A DNA stretch of 64,000 bases from assembly GCA_963708025.1 (NCBI GenBank), contig CAVPSB010000031.1:224001-288000 (forward strand), given 5' to 3'. Below are positions 9,099-18,341 of the stretch, piece by piece. The first letter of the stretch is position 1, and each line of letters starts with the position of its first letter. The DNA is from an uncultured Candidatus Rokubacteria bacterium. Lineage in GTDB: Bacteria; Methylomirabilota; Methylomirabilia; Rokubacteriales; DASRDR01. The notes below the pieces were generated by a model that saw only the letters and a program-made list of their open reading frames with translations, did not search any database and was not told where the DNA came from. The translations under genes were made by a program, and so were the position numbers.

Positions 9099-10442
9099 GT
9101 GGACGACCAGGCGCTGCTGGACGAGCTGCTCGGGGTCGCGCGGAAGCTCGGCGTTCCGGTCCGCGTCGAGCCCTTCGAGACGCCGCCGGCCGGGGGCGGC
9201 GGGCTGTGCGTCGTCCACGGGCGGGACCTGGTCCTGCTCGATGCGCGGGCCTCGGCGGGCGATCGCGTCCGGGCGCTGGCCCGGGCGCTGGCCGGCCTCG
9301 ACGTGGACGCGGTCTACATGGCGCCCGAAGCCCGGGAGCTGGTCGACTCGATGAGCCCGGTGGTGGGCCGGCCGCGCGAGGCCGTGTCGCTCGCGCCGCT
9401 CTGCACCCTGGGCGTCGGCGGCCCGGCCCGCTTCTTCGTCGAGGCGGAGACCGAGCGGGCCGTGATCGAGGCCCTCGACTGGGCGAAGGGCCGGGGCGTG
9501 CCGGTCCGCGTCCTCGGCGGCGGCTCGAACCTGGTCGTCGCTGACGCGGGTGTGGACGCCCTCGTCCTCAAGCTCGGCCTCCGCGGGGTGACGACGCGGG
9601 AGGTCGACGGGGCCGTCGAGCTCACGGCCGGCGCCGGCGAGCCGTGGGACGAGCTGGTCCGGCTGACGGTGGAGCGGGGGTGGGCGGGCCTCGAGTGCCT
9701 GAGCGGGATCCCGGGACTCGTCGGGGCGACGCCCATCCAGAACGTGGGCGCCTACGGCCAGGAGGTGAGCGAGACGGTGACCGCCGTGCGGGCGCTCGAC
9801 CGGGCGACCGGGCGGATCGTCACGCTCGACCGGGCCGCCTGCGGCTTCGCCTACCGGGACAGCGTGTTCAAGAGCGGGGAGCCGGATCGCTACGTGGTCC
9901 TCGCCGTGACCTATCGGCTGACGCCGGGCGGCCCGCCGGCCGTCCGCTACCCGGAGCTGGCACGCCACCTCGCGGCGCGGAGCCTCGCCGCCCCGTCGCT
10001 CGGGGACGTCCGCGAGAGCGTCCGGGCGATTCGCCGGGCGAAGTCCATGGTGCTGGAGGCCGACGATCCGAACCGGCGGAGCTGCGGCTCGTTCTTCGTG
10101 AACCCGATCGTGACGGCCGCGCAGGCGGCGCGGGTCGAGACGATCGCCGGCGACCCGGCGATGCCGCGCTGGCCCCAGCCCGACGGCCGGGTGAAGCTCC
10201 CCGGGGCGTGGCTGATCGAGCGAGCCGGCATCGAGCGCGGTGAGGCGGACGGTCCGGTCGGGCTCTCGACCCGTCACGCGCTTGCCATCGTCGCCCACGA
10301 GGGCGCCCGCGCGGCCGACGTGGGCGCCTTCGCCCGGCGTCTCCGGGCGCGCGTGGAAGCCCGCTTCGGTGTGCGGCTCTACCCGGAGCCCGTCTTCTGG
10401 GGCTTCGAGCGACTGGAGGACGGGCTCCCCGCCGAGGACTGA
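9099..10442 (+). CDS. murB: UDP-N-acetylenolpyruvoylglucosamine reductase with an extra ~85-aa N-terminal domain
   Basis: LGGGSN, GIPGLVGATPIQNVGAYG, FAYRDS, GSFFVNP and HAL motifs; the MurB core starts around residue 85 (ATG at 9351). Confidence 0.9.
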   Translation: MDDQALLDELLGVARKLGVPVRVEPFETPPAGGGGLCVVHGRDLVLLDARASAGDRVRALARALAGLDVDAVYMAPEARELVDSMSPVVGRPREAVSLAPLCTLGVGGPARFFVEAETERAVIEALDWAKGRGVPVRVLGGGSNLVVADAGVDALVLKLGLRGVTTREVDGAVELTAGAGEPWDELVRLTVERGWAGLECLSGIPGLVGATPIQNVGAYGQEVSETVTAVRALDRATGRIVTLDRAACGFAYRDSVFKSGEPDRYVVLAVTYRLTPGGPPAVRYPELARHLAARSLAAPSLGDVRESVRAIRRAKSMVLEADDPNRRSCGSFFVNPIVTAAQAARVETIAGDPAMPRWPQPDGRVKLPGAWLIERAGIERGEADGPVGLSTRHALAIVAHEGARAADVGAFARRLRARVEARFGVRLYPEPVFWGFERLEDGLPAED

Positions 10443-10477
10443 CGCCGGCCGTTGGTCGGGACCTCCCTCACACGCTC

Positions 10478-11683
10478 TCAGAGTGTCCGCAGCCGCGGGA
10501 AGGCGAGCGCCGCGGCCGCCGTGATGAGGATGAGGGCCACCCCGCTCACCCCGAGAGCCACGCTCACGCCCACGAGCGAGGCCAGCGCGCCGACCTGGAG
10601 CTGGCCGAGCGGGGCCGTCCCGATGGCGACGACCCACGCGCCGCCGGCCCGTCCCCGCTGCCCGCTGGGGGCCGTGAGCTGGATCAGGCTCTGCGAGAGG
10701 ATGTCCGAGAGCCCGCCCACGGCGTTGACCACGACCAGGAGCAGCAGCACCCACACGAAGCTCGACGCGAAGCCGAGGGCGACGAGCGACCCGCCGAAGA
10801 CGAGGAGCACCGCGAGGAAGACGCCGCCGCTGGCCCGGGTCTGGCCGAGCCCGGTCATCAAGAGAATCCCCAGGATGCCGCCCACCGAGCGCGCCCCGGT
10901 CATCGCCCCCAGCCCGCCGGCGCCGACCGCCAGGACGTCGCGCGCCAGGCTGGGGAGGACCGCTTGGTGCGAGAAGCCGAGCATCTCCGCGCCGGCGGTG
11001 AGCACGATGAGGCCGGGTAGGAGCCGGTCGTGCCGGAGGGCCCGGACGAAGTCGGCGAAGCCGCGCCACACCGAGCCGGCCTCCGGAGCCGCGTGCCCGG
11101 GGCCGGCCCGGGCCGGCAGGAGAGCGGCCGCGCTGGCGAGGTAGCCCGCGGCGGCCGCGAGGTAGGCCGCGCCGGCGCCGAACCGTGCCGTGAGGGCCCC
11201 GCCCAGGAGCGAGCCGAGCAAGCCCCCCACGCGCATCGCGATCCCGAGGAGGGCCAGGGCGTTGATCAGCCCGGAGGCCCCGACCAGGTCGTGGATGTAG
11301 CTCTGGCGCGCCGCCTGCTGGAGCGCCCGGACGCAGCCGGCCGCGAACGTCAGGACGAGCAGGTGCCAGACCTGCACGACGCCCGTTAGCGCGAGGACGC
11401 CCGGGACCGCGCCGGCCAGCGCCAGGAGCAGGGCCGTGGCCCGTAGCAGCCGGACGCGGTCGCCACGGTCGGCCAGGACGCCGGCGGGGATCCCGACGAG
11501 GAGGAGCGGGACCATGCGCAGCCCGAGGGCCACGCCCACGATCAGCGGAGAATCGGTCAGCTCGAGCGTGAGCCAGCCGAGCGCGACCTGCTCGGCGACG
11601 GCGGCCAGCCAGTCGAAGGCGCCGGAGGCTCCGAGGGCGCGGAAATCGCGGTGGCGCAGGAGGGAGGTCTGGACGAGGGGCAT
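10478..11683 (-). CDS. MFS transporter
   Basis: About 12 hydrophobic segments; GVLADRGDR motif A. Confidence 0.85.
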   Translation of the reverse strand: MPLVQTSLLRHRDFRALGASGAFDWLAAVAEQVALGWLTLELTDSPLIVGVALGLRMVPLLLVGIPAGVLADRGDRVRLLRATALLLALAGAVPGVLALTGVVQVWHLLVLTFAAGCVRALQQAARQSYIHDLVGASGLINALALLGIAMRVGGLLGSLLGGALTARFGAGAAYLAAAAGYLASAAALLPARAGPGHAAPEAGSVWRGFADFVRALRHDRLLPGLIVLTAGAEMLGFSHQAVLPSLARDVLAVGAGGLGAMTGARSVGGILGILLMTGLGQTRASGGVFLAVLLVFGGSLVALGFASSFVWVLLLLVVVNAVGGLSDILSQSLIQLTAPSGQRGRAGGAWVVAIGTAPLGQLQVGALASLVGVSVALGVSGVALILITAAAALAFPRLRTL

Positions 11684-11938
11684 GGTCAGGGAGCCGCGGC
11701 GCCGGGTCGGCGCGCCGCCCTGCTCCCTTGCATGCCCGGCATGCTACGACCCCGGGGCCGCCGGGGCAAGGGGCCGCAACCGCTGGCCGATGTCCGCGAG
11801 ATTGACATTCTTGATCGGATTAGGTACTCGTTAGGATCAACACGATCATCGCCCTCAACCGCGAGCTGCCACAGAAGCTGGTCATGCCGTCCACGGGGAC
11901 CCGCGTGGTCTTCGGGGCATGACGGGGAGGTTGACGCC

Positions 11939-12574
11939 ATGAGCCTTCGCCTGGGAGACACCGCGCCGGACTTCGCGGCCGAATCGACCGAGGGTCCGAT
12001 CCGCTTCCACGAGTGGATCGGGGACCGCTGGGCGATCCTCTTCTCGCACCCGCGCGACTTCACCCCGGTCTGCACGACCGAGCTGGGCTACGTCGCGCGG
12101 TTGAAGCCCGAGTTCGAGAAGCGCAACGTCAGGCCGATCGGGCTGTCGATCGATCCGGTCGAGTCGCATCGGGGATGGGCCCAGGACATCAAGGACACCC
12201 AGGGCCACGCCCCGAACTTCCCGATCATCGCCGATCCCGAGCGGAAGGTGGCCGACCTCTACGGGATGATGCACCCGGCCCACGACGAGGTCTACACCGT
12301 GCGCACGGTGTTCGTGATCGATCCGAAGAAGAAGATCCGGCTGATGATCACGTATCCTCAGACGACCGGGCGCAACTTCGACGAGATCCTGCGGGTGATC
12401 GACTCGCTCCAGCTCACCGACCAGTACCGGGTGGCCACGCCGGTGAACTGGAAGCAGGGCGAGGACGTGATCATCGTCCCGGCGGTCACCGACGACGAGG
12501 CCAAGGGGAAGTTCCCCAAGGGCTGGAAGGCCCTCAAGCCCTACCTCCGCCTGACCCCGCAGCCCAATCGCTGA
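11939..12574 (+). CDS. 1-Cys peroxiredoxin (Prx6)
   Basis: FSHPRDFTPVCTTE, GRNFDEILR and TPVNWK motifs; GGAGG RBS; ATG at 11939 (the ORF-track start is too far upstream). Confidence 0.93.
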   Translation: MSLRLGDTAPDFAAESTEGPIRFHEWIGDRWAILFSHPRDFTPVCTTELGYVARLKPEFEKRNVRPIGLSIDPVESHRGWAQDIKDTQGHAPNFPIIADPERKVADLYGMMHPAHDEVYTVRTVFVIDPKKKIRLMITYPQTTGRNFDEILRVIDSLQLTDQYRVATPVNWKQGEDVIIVPAVTDDEAKGKFPKGWKALKPYLRLTPQPNR

Positions 12575-12601
12575 GCGTGTGAAGCAGTCGGGTTCATCCT
12601 G

Positions 12602-12730
12602 CCCCCCTCCCCCCCGGCCACAGGCCGAAGGCCGTCCAACGGTGGGGGAGGGGGGCTGGGGGGTGGGCGGGAGGTCCCGAGCTGAGGCCAGCGGGAGGGG
12701 GGCTCGGCCCCCTCCCGGACCTCCCCCGCC
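12602..12730. repeat. REP-like family A copy with extra hairpins
   Basis: CCCCCCTCCCCC..GGGGGAGGGGGG-CT-GGGGGGTGGGCGGGAGGTCCCGAGCTGAG plus a GGGAGGGGG/CCCCCTCCC hairpin. Confidence 0.7.
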
Positions 12731-12733
12731 ACC

Positions 12734-14221
12734 GTGTCGACCGACCCGCCGCTCGACCTCGTCGTCAAGCACGTCCGCGTCGTGCGCCCGAACCGGGCGG
12801 CCGTCGAGACGCTGGACCTCGGGATCAAGGACGGCCGCTTCGCCCGGGTCGCGCCGGAGATCGCGGCCGCCGACGCCCGCGAGGTCTTCGACGCCCGGGG
12901 TCTCCTGGGATTCCCGGGGGTCGTGGACGCTCACACCCACGTCGGGATCTACGCGCCCCTCGCCGACGACGCGGTGACCGAGAGCCGGGCCGCCGCCGCC
13001 GGCGGCGTGACGACCATGCTGACCTACTTCCGGACCGGCCAGTACTACCTGAACCGGGGCGGGTCCTATCGGGACTTCTTCCCCGAGGTGCTGCGGGGCT
13101 CGGAGGGGCGTTACCAGGTGGACTACGCCTACCACCTGGCGCCGATCCAGGCCGCTCACCTCGACGAGATGGAGTGGCTGGCCAGCACCCAGGGGGTGCC
13201 GTCGTTCAAGATCTTCATGTTCTACGGGGGCTACGGGCTCCACGGCCAGACCGACCGGGACACCCAGCGCCGGTTCCTGGCGCTGGACGAGGGTGACCAC
13301 TACGACTTCGCCCACTTCGAGTTCGTCATGCGGGCGGCGGCCCGGGTCGCCGAGAAGCACCCGGGGCTGGCCGAACGGGTGAGCGTGAGCCTCCACTGCG
13401 AGGTCGCCGACATCCTGAACGCCTACACGAGGCGGGTCCAGCGGGACGCCTCCCTCACTGGGCTACGGGCCTACAGCGCGGCCCGCCCGCCCCACGCCGA
13501 GGGGCTGGGCGTCTGGATCGCCGCCTACCTGGCGCACGAGACGGCGTGCCGTAACGTCAACCTGCTCCACCTGTCCTCCCGCAAGGCGCTCGAGGCCGCC
13601 CTCATGATGCAGGGCTGCTTTCCCCACATCGACTTCCGGCGCGAGGTCACCGTCGGCCACCTCCTCCTCGACCACGACGCGCCGGCCGGCGTGCACGCCA
13701 AGGTCAACCCGCCGATCCGGTCGCGCGAGGACGTGGAGTACCTGTGGCAGGCCGTCCTCGACGGGCGGGTCGACTGGATCGTGAGCGACCACGCCTGCTG
13801 CGCGACGGAGCAGAAGGTCGCGGCGGCGCGGCCCGACGACATCTGGCTGGCCAAGGCGGGCTTCGGCGGCACCGAGTACCTGCTGGCCGGCGTCTTCAGC
13901 GAGGGATCGAAGCGCGGGCTGGCGCATCACCGGATGGCCGAGCTGACGAGCTGGAACCCCGCCCGCCGGTTCGGTCTGGGGACGAAGGGCGACGTCGCCG
14001 TCGGCTACGACGCCGACCTGGCGCTGCTCGACCCGACGCGGACCTTCACGGTGCGCGCCGCCGAGTCACCCTCGGCCCAGGGCTACACGCCCTTCGAGGG
14101 CCAGGAGCTGACCGGTCAGGTGCGGGCGACCTTCCTGCGCGGGCAGCTCGTCTTCGACGCCGGCCGGATCGTCGGGCCGGCCCGCGGGCGGTACCAGAAG
14201 CGCCCGACCCCCGCGCCCTAG
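12734..14221 (+). CDS. Cyclic amidohydrolase (allantoinase/dihydropyrimidinase-like)
   Basis: PGVVDAHTH, AAAGGVTT, SFKIFM, KVNPPIR, SDHA and NPARRFGL motifs. Confidence 0.85.
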   Translation: MSTDPPLDLVVKHVRVVRPNRAAVETLDLGIKDGRFARVAPEIAAADAREVFDARGLLGFPGVVDAHTHVGIYAPLADDAVTESRAAAAGGVTTMLTYFRTGQYYLNRGGSYRDFFPEVLRGSEGRYQVDYAYHLAPIQAAHLDEMEWLASTQGVPSFKIFMFYGGYGLHGQTDRDTQRRFLALDEGDHYDFAHFEFVMRAAARVAEKHPGLAERVSVSLHCEVADILNAYTRRVQRDASLTGLRAYSAARPPHAEGLGVWIAAYLAHETACRNVNLLHLSSRKALEAALMMQGCFPHIDFRREVTVGHLLLDHDAPAGVHAKVNPPIRSREDVEYLWQAVLDGRVDWIVSDHACCATEQKVAAARPDDIWLAKAGFGGTEYLLAGVFSEGSKRGLAHHRMAELTSWNPARRFGLGTKGDVAVGYDADLALLDPTRTFTVRAAESPSAQGYTPFEGQELTGQVRATFLRGQLVFDAGRIVGPARGRYQKRPTPAP

Positions 14222-14244
14222 GTCCCGCTGGTTAGTCCCGCTGG

Positions 14245-15235
14245 TCAGTCCCGGCGCCCGACCCGCGGCCACACCTCGGGGTTGGCGAGGACGTGGGGTC
14301 GCTCGCCCCGCAGCACCCGGAGCATCTCGCCGGTGACCTGGAGGCACGCGACCCGGATGGCCTCCTTGGTGCCGCCGGCGATGTGCGAGGTGCACAGGAC
14401 GTTGTCGAGGTTCAGCAGCGGGTTGTCCACCGGGGTCGGCTCCTCCTCGAACACGTCGAGGCCGGCGGCGGCGAGCCGCCCGGTGACCAGCGCCTGGAAC
14501 AGGGACGGCTCCTCCTGGACCGGGCCCCGGGAGGTGTTGATGAAGATCGCCCCGGGCTTCAGGAGGGCGAGCGTCTTCTCGTTGATCATGTGCCGGGTCT
14601 CGGGGGTGAGGGGCGTGTGGCAGGTCAGGATGTTCAACCTGGGGCAGGAGCGCCTCCAGGCTCTCGACCGGCTCGGCGCCGCGCCGGCGGACCTCGTCGG
14701 CCGGCACGTAGCGGTCGTAGCCGAGCACCCGCATGCCGAAGGCGGCGGCGAGCGCCGCCACCCGGCGGCCGATGTTCCCCACGCCGACGATGCCGAGCGT
14801 CTTGCCGGACAGCTCGACGTTGTTGATGACCCGGCGGGCTTGCCAGTCACCGGCCCGGGTCATCCGATCGATCGACCGGACGTGCTTCACGCAGCCCAGC
14901 ATGAGCATGAGCGCGTGCTCGGCCACCGCCTGGGAGTTGGAGCCGGGGGCGTGCACGACGGCGACCCCGAGCTGCGTCGCCGCGGGCAGGTCCACGGTGT
15001 CCAGCCCCACGCCGTGCCGGCCGACGACCTTGAGACGGGGGCAGGCGGCCATCAGCCGCTCGGTCACGCGGGGCCGGGCCCGGATGAGGAGGCCCTCGGC
15101 CTCGGCGGCGGCCCGGATGACGCCCTCCTCGCTCTCGTCGCTCACGACGACCCGGGCCTCGCGCTCGAGCTGCGCGTGGCCGTCGGGGTGGATCGGGCCG
15201 GCGAGGATGACGAGGGGACGGGGGTCGGGGGTCAT
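14245..15235 (-). CDS. D-isomer-specific 2-hydroxyacid dehydrogenase (SerA-like), apparent +1 frameshift at ~14635
   Basis: The 5' frame gives GRHGVGLD and GIVGVGNIG; the 3' frame gives HTPLTPET, INTSRG, LDVFEEEP and SHIAG. Removing one A from GTTGAAC (14632-14638) restores V-D-I-L. Confidence 0.85.
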
Positions 15236-15330
15236 CGAGCGATCTCCTTTCGCTGCGAGCTCGGGACGAGGCGCCGCACGGCGCACGGGTCCCCAGTGTA
15301 CCGCACGGTTTTCAGCGGCGCGTGGCGGGC

Positions 15331-15963
15331 CTACTGGCCCCAGAACTGGCGGTAGTGGGCGGCGAGCTGATCGAGGGCGGAGCGGACGTCCGGATGGCGC
15401 CGGGCCTGGATGTAGGCGGCGCGCACGGCGGGGTCGTCGAAGTTCAAGCTGTTCGCGTCGCAGCACATGAGCGACGCCGCGTCGTTCCGGTGGGGCAGGC
15501 CGAGCGCGTGGCCCAGCTCGTGTGCGGCCACCTGGTAGAGGAGCTGCTCCGCCGACGTCTGCCCCCGGGCCACCGGCTGGCTGAGCGTGATCCGGACGGG
15601 CAGGCGCAGGACGCCCTGGTCGTCGGCGTCCAGCCAGGTCTCGCCGAACAGCCGGTCCGGCGCGTCCGTCAGGAGCCGCAGCCGGACGCCGGCACCGTCC
15701 TCCTGCCCGCTCCACGCGAAGACGGGCACCCCGAGGGCCTCCGTCGAGATCCGGTTCCAGTCGTCCACCGCCCGGCGCACCGCAGCCTCGAGCGGGGCCG
15801 GCGCGCCGGCCAGGGAGACGGTCAGCGGGAATCGCGCCCGGGGATGGCCCACGAGCCGCCCGCGGGCCACCGGGACGTCGGAGGCGTCACCCGATGCCGC
15901 CAGGAGCAGGCCGAGCGCGGCCAGCCCGGCCAGCCGGACGCCGAGGCGTCGTGACGCGCGCAT
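15331..15963 (-). CDS. Exported matrixin (M10)-family zinc metalloprotease
   Basis: Signal peptide; HELGHALGLPH zinc motif followed by a Met-turn (SLM). Confidence 0.8.
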   Translation of the reverse strand: MRASRRLGVRLAGLAALGLLLAASGDASDVPVARGRLVGHPRARFPLTVSLAGAPAPLEAAVRRAVDDWNRISTEALGVPVFAWSGQEDGAGVRLRLLTDAPDRLFGETWLDADDQGVLRLPVRITLSQPVARGQTSAEQLLYQVAAHELGHALGLPHRNDAASLMCCDANSLNFDDPAVRAAYIQARRHPDVRSALDQLAAHYRQFWGQ

Positions 15964-15999
15964 GGGGTCATCGTATCAGTTTGAGACCTCCCGAGGCCC

Positions 16000-16124
16000 A
16001 TCGGCTTCTCGCAGCCCTCTGCCTCTGGCCGCGCGGCCCGGGGCGTTCCGCTTCGAGCCGCGGCTTCGCCGCGGCCTCCGCGGGGGGCATCGGGGGGGGT
16101 CTTCCGAGGCCCCCCCGAAGGTTC
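16000..16124. repeat. Intergenic repeat family C (left of the dienelactone hydrolase gene)
   Basis: GCGGCTTCGCCGC..GGGGGCATCGGGGG..CCGAGGCCCCCCGAA, with an inverted relative at 16965-17035; the 16000-16035 part resembles 36988-37023. Confidence 0.6.
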
Positions 16125-16187
16125 TATAGTTCATCGGCGGCGTGTTCCGATGAACGTCGCCGTCCCTTCACCACCGAGGAGGCCCCC

Positions 16188-16964
16188 ATGTGCTTCGATG
16201 CCGACTCCCGACCGCCGATCCCGCCCATCGCCGGCGGGGCCACCGACGCCCGCGCCCTGGTCCTCACCTCGTCCGACGGCACGCGCTTCGGCGCCTACGC
16301 CGCCCGCGCCGCGCGGCCGACGGGCGCCGGGATGATCGTCCTGCCCGATGTGCGGGGGCTGCACGCGTACTACACGGAGCTGGCCGAGCGCTTCGCGGAG
16401 GCCGGCGTGAACGCGGTGGCCATCGACTACTTCGGCCGGACGGCCGGTGTCGGCGGCCCCGCCGAGCGCGGAGAGGGCTTCGACTTCCTGGCCCAGGTGC
16501 CCCAGACCAAGCCGGAGACCATCCAGGCCGACATCGCGGCGGCGGCGGCCTTCTTGCGCTCCGGGGAGGGCGGGGCGGTCCGGGCGCTGTTCTCGGTCGG
16601 CTTCTGTTTCGGGGGAGGGATCTCGCTCCTCCAGGCCGCGAGCGACCTCGGGTACGCCGGCGTGATCGGCTTCTACGGCTGGCCGCTCGGCCTGGCCCGC
16701 TGGCCCGACCGGCCGCGGCCGATCGACGCGGTCTCCCGGTACCGCTGCCCGGTGCTGGCGCTCTACGGCGGAGGCGACCCGGGCATCCCGCCGAGCGCGA
16801 TCCAGGAGTTCGGCCAGGCGCTCGACCGGGCCGGGGTGGCCCACGAGTCGGTCACCTACGACGGGGCGCCGCACAGCTTCTTCGACCGCCGGCAGACGGA
16901 GTTCGCGGATGCGTCGGCGGACGCCTGGCGTCGCGTCCGGGAGTTCGTCGCCGCCCACCGCTGA
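16188..16964 (+). CDS. Dienelactone hydrolase family protein
   Basis: PDVRGL, GFCFGG nucleophile motif, APHSFF; GAGGAGG RBS before the ATG at 16188. Confidence 0.92.
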   Translation: MCFDADSRPPIPPIAGGATDARALVLTSSDGTRFGAYAARAARPTGAGMIVLPDVRGLHAYYTELAERFAEAGVNAVAIDYFGRTAGVGGPAERGEGFDFLAQVPQTKPETIQADIAAAAAFLRSGEGGAVRALFSVGFCFGGGISLLQAASDLGYAGVIGFYGWPLGLARWPDRPRPIDAVSRYRCPVLALYGGGDPGIPPSAIQEFGQALDRAGVAHESVTYDGAPHSFFDRRQTEFADASADAWRRVREFVAAHR

Positions 16965-17035
16965 GTCTTTCGGGGGGGTCTCGAACCCGCCCGATGCCCC
17001 CGTCGTGGCGGCGGCGAAGCCGCCGCTCGGAGGCT
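16965..17035. repeat. Intergenic repeat family C, inverted copy
   Basis: The reverse complement reads GAGCGGCGGCTTCGCCGCCGCC..GGGGGCATCGGGCGGGTTCGAGACCCCCCCGAA. Confidence 0.6.
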
Positions 17036-17083
17036 CCTCCTGTTCGTGCGCCGGCGGGCACCAGATACTTCGGCGGGCGTCGA

Positions 17084-18320
17084 TCAGAAGCTCCACTCCA
17101 GGCCGAAGGTCGGGGTGAGGTTGTCCCGGACGCCCGTGTCGTTGAGCGGGATCAGGACGTTCACGAAGAGCAGGACCGTGCTGATGGGATTGACCTTGAT
17201 CCCGAACGACCCGGTGACGGTGTCCGGGCCGGCTGGCCGCCCAGCCCGGTGCTCGTGACTCTCGGTCGGCCGACACTGGTGATGGCGTGGCGACCGAGGA
17301 TGTCGGCCGACAGCGTGACGCGCTTGAAGAGGGTATAGTCGAGTCCCACCTCGTAGATGAAGTCGTTCGTGATGCCCTGGGTCTCGCCCAGCTGGAACCC
17401 CGCCGTGATGTGCGGCGAGACGCCGAAGAAGGTCCCGGAGGCGATGAGCAGCGGCTTGACCCGCACGATCCCCGTGCCGGTTGGCGGATCGCCGATCGTG
17501 ATGAACGACCCGGTCACCGTTCCGGTGGGAGGCGCATGACCTGGGGGTTGTTGAACTTCTTCCGCTCGCCCTTGTTGCCGGTGGGGAGCGACACGTCGAT
17601 CGCGGCCGCCACGCCGCCGCGCCCACCCATCAGGCTGGTCGAGCTCCAGAAGTTGTACTTCGCGCGGAGGACGAGGTCGCCGATGTCCGTGGTCTCGCCG
17701 GTCTGGGGGACGAGCGACTCGCCCGTGGCCACGGGCGTGTCGCAGGCGCTGAGATCGATGGAGACAATCGACGAAGCCGACGCGCTTCGGGGACTCCTTC
17801 ACCTTGACGTGGACGATCGGGAGCGTCAGCCCGACGTCGACTGGTCGGTGACACCGTAGAGGCCGCCGATCGTGAAGACGTCGGCGTCCACCTCCTCTTT
17901 GAAGCTGAGGAGTTGAGCCGCGACCGCGCTGAAGTCGGACGAGACACCGAGCGCCAAGACGCACGTCGCCATCCCGGAGGCTCTGGCCATCGATGTCGTC
18001 GAAGGTGTGCCGGGTGTAGCTGGCGGTCAGGGTGATGCGTCCCTTGCCGATCGTCTCGGCGCGCTGGGAGAAGATTGGCCCGAAGCCTTCGCCGGTCGGG
18101 CTGAAGACACCGAGCGCGGGGTCGAACTTGTAGGTGAACCCGACCCCTGCCGGCTGTGGAAGGGCCCCGACCTGGTTGGCGAGCGCGCTGAAGATCGCCT
18201 GGCGCAGCGGCGAGACGTCGAAAAGATCGAGCTGAGCGGCGGCTGGCGTGGCCGTGACCACGAGCCCGCCAGGGCTACCAGCAAGGCGTTGACTGCACGG
18301 ACTCCCGACCACCGTCTCAT
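17084..18320 (-). CDS. Putative outer-membrane beta-barrel protein, broken by several frameshifts (assembly error or pseudogene)
   Basis: Signal peptide MRRWSGVRAVNALLVALAG..TPAAAQ. Segments GFGPIFSQRAETIGKG, DIGDLVLRAKYNF, SLPTG and FIYEVGLDY lie in different frames. C-terminal FGLEWSF is typical of a barrel beta-signal. Confidence 0.6.
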
Positions 18321-18341
18321 GGCTCTCCCTCCCATTGGCTG

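Noticed and set aside
14632-14638. Programmed ribosomal frameshifting in the dehydrogenase (and in rsmB)
   Set aside because: No slippery sequence; a shared basecalling error explains both sites better.
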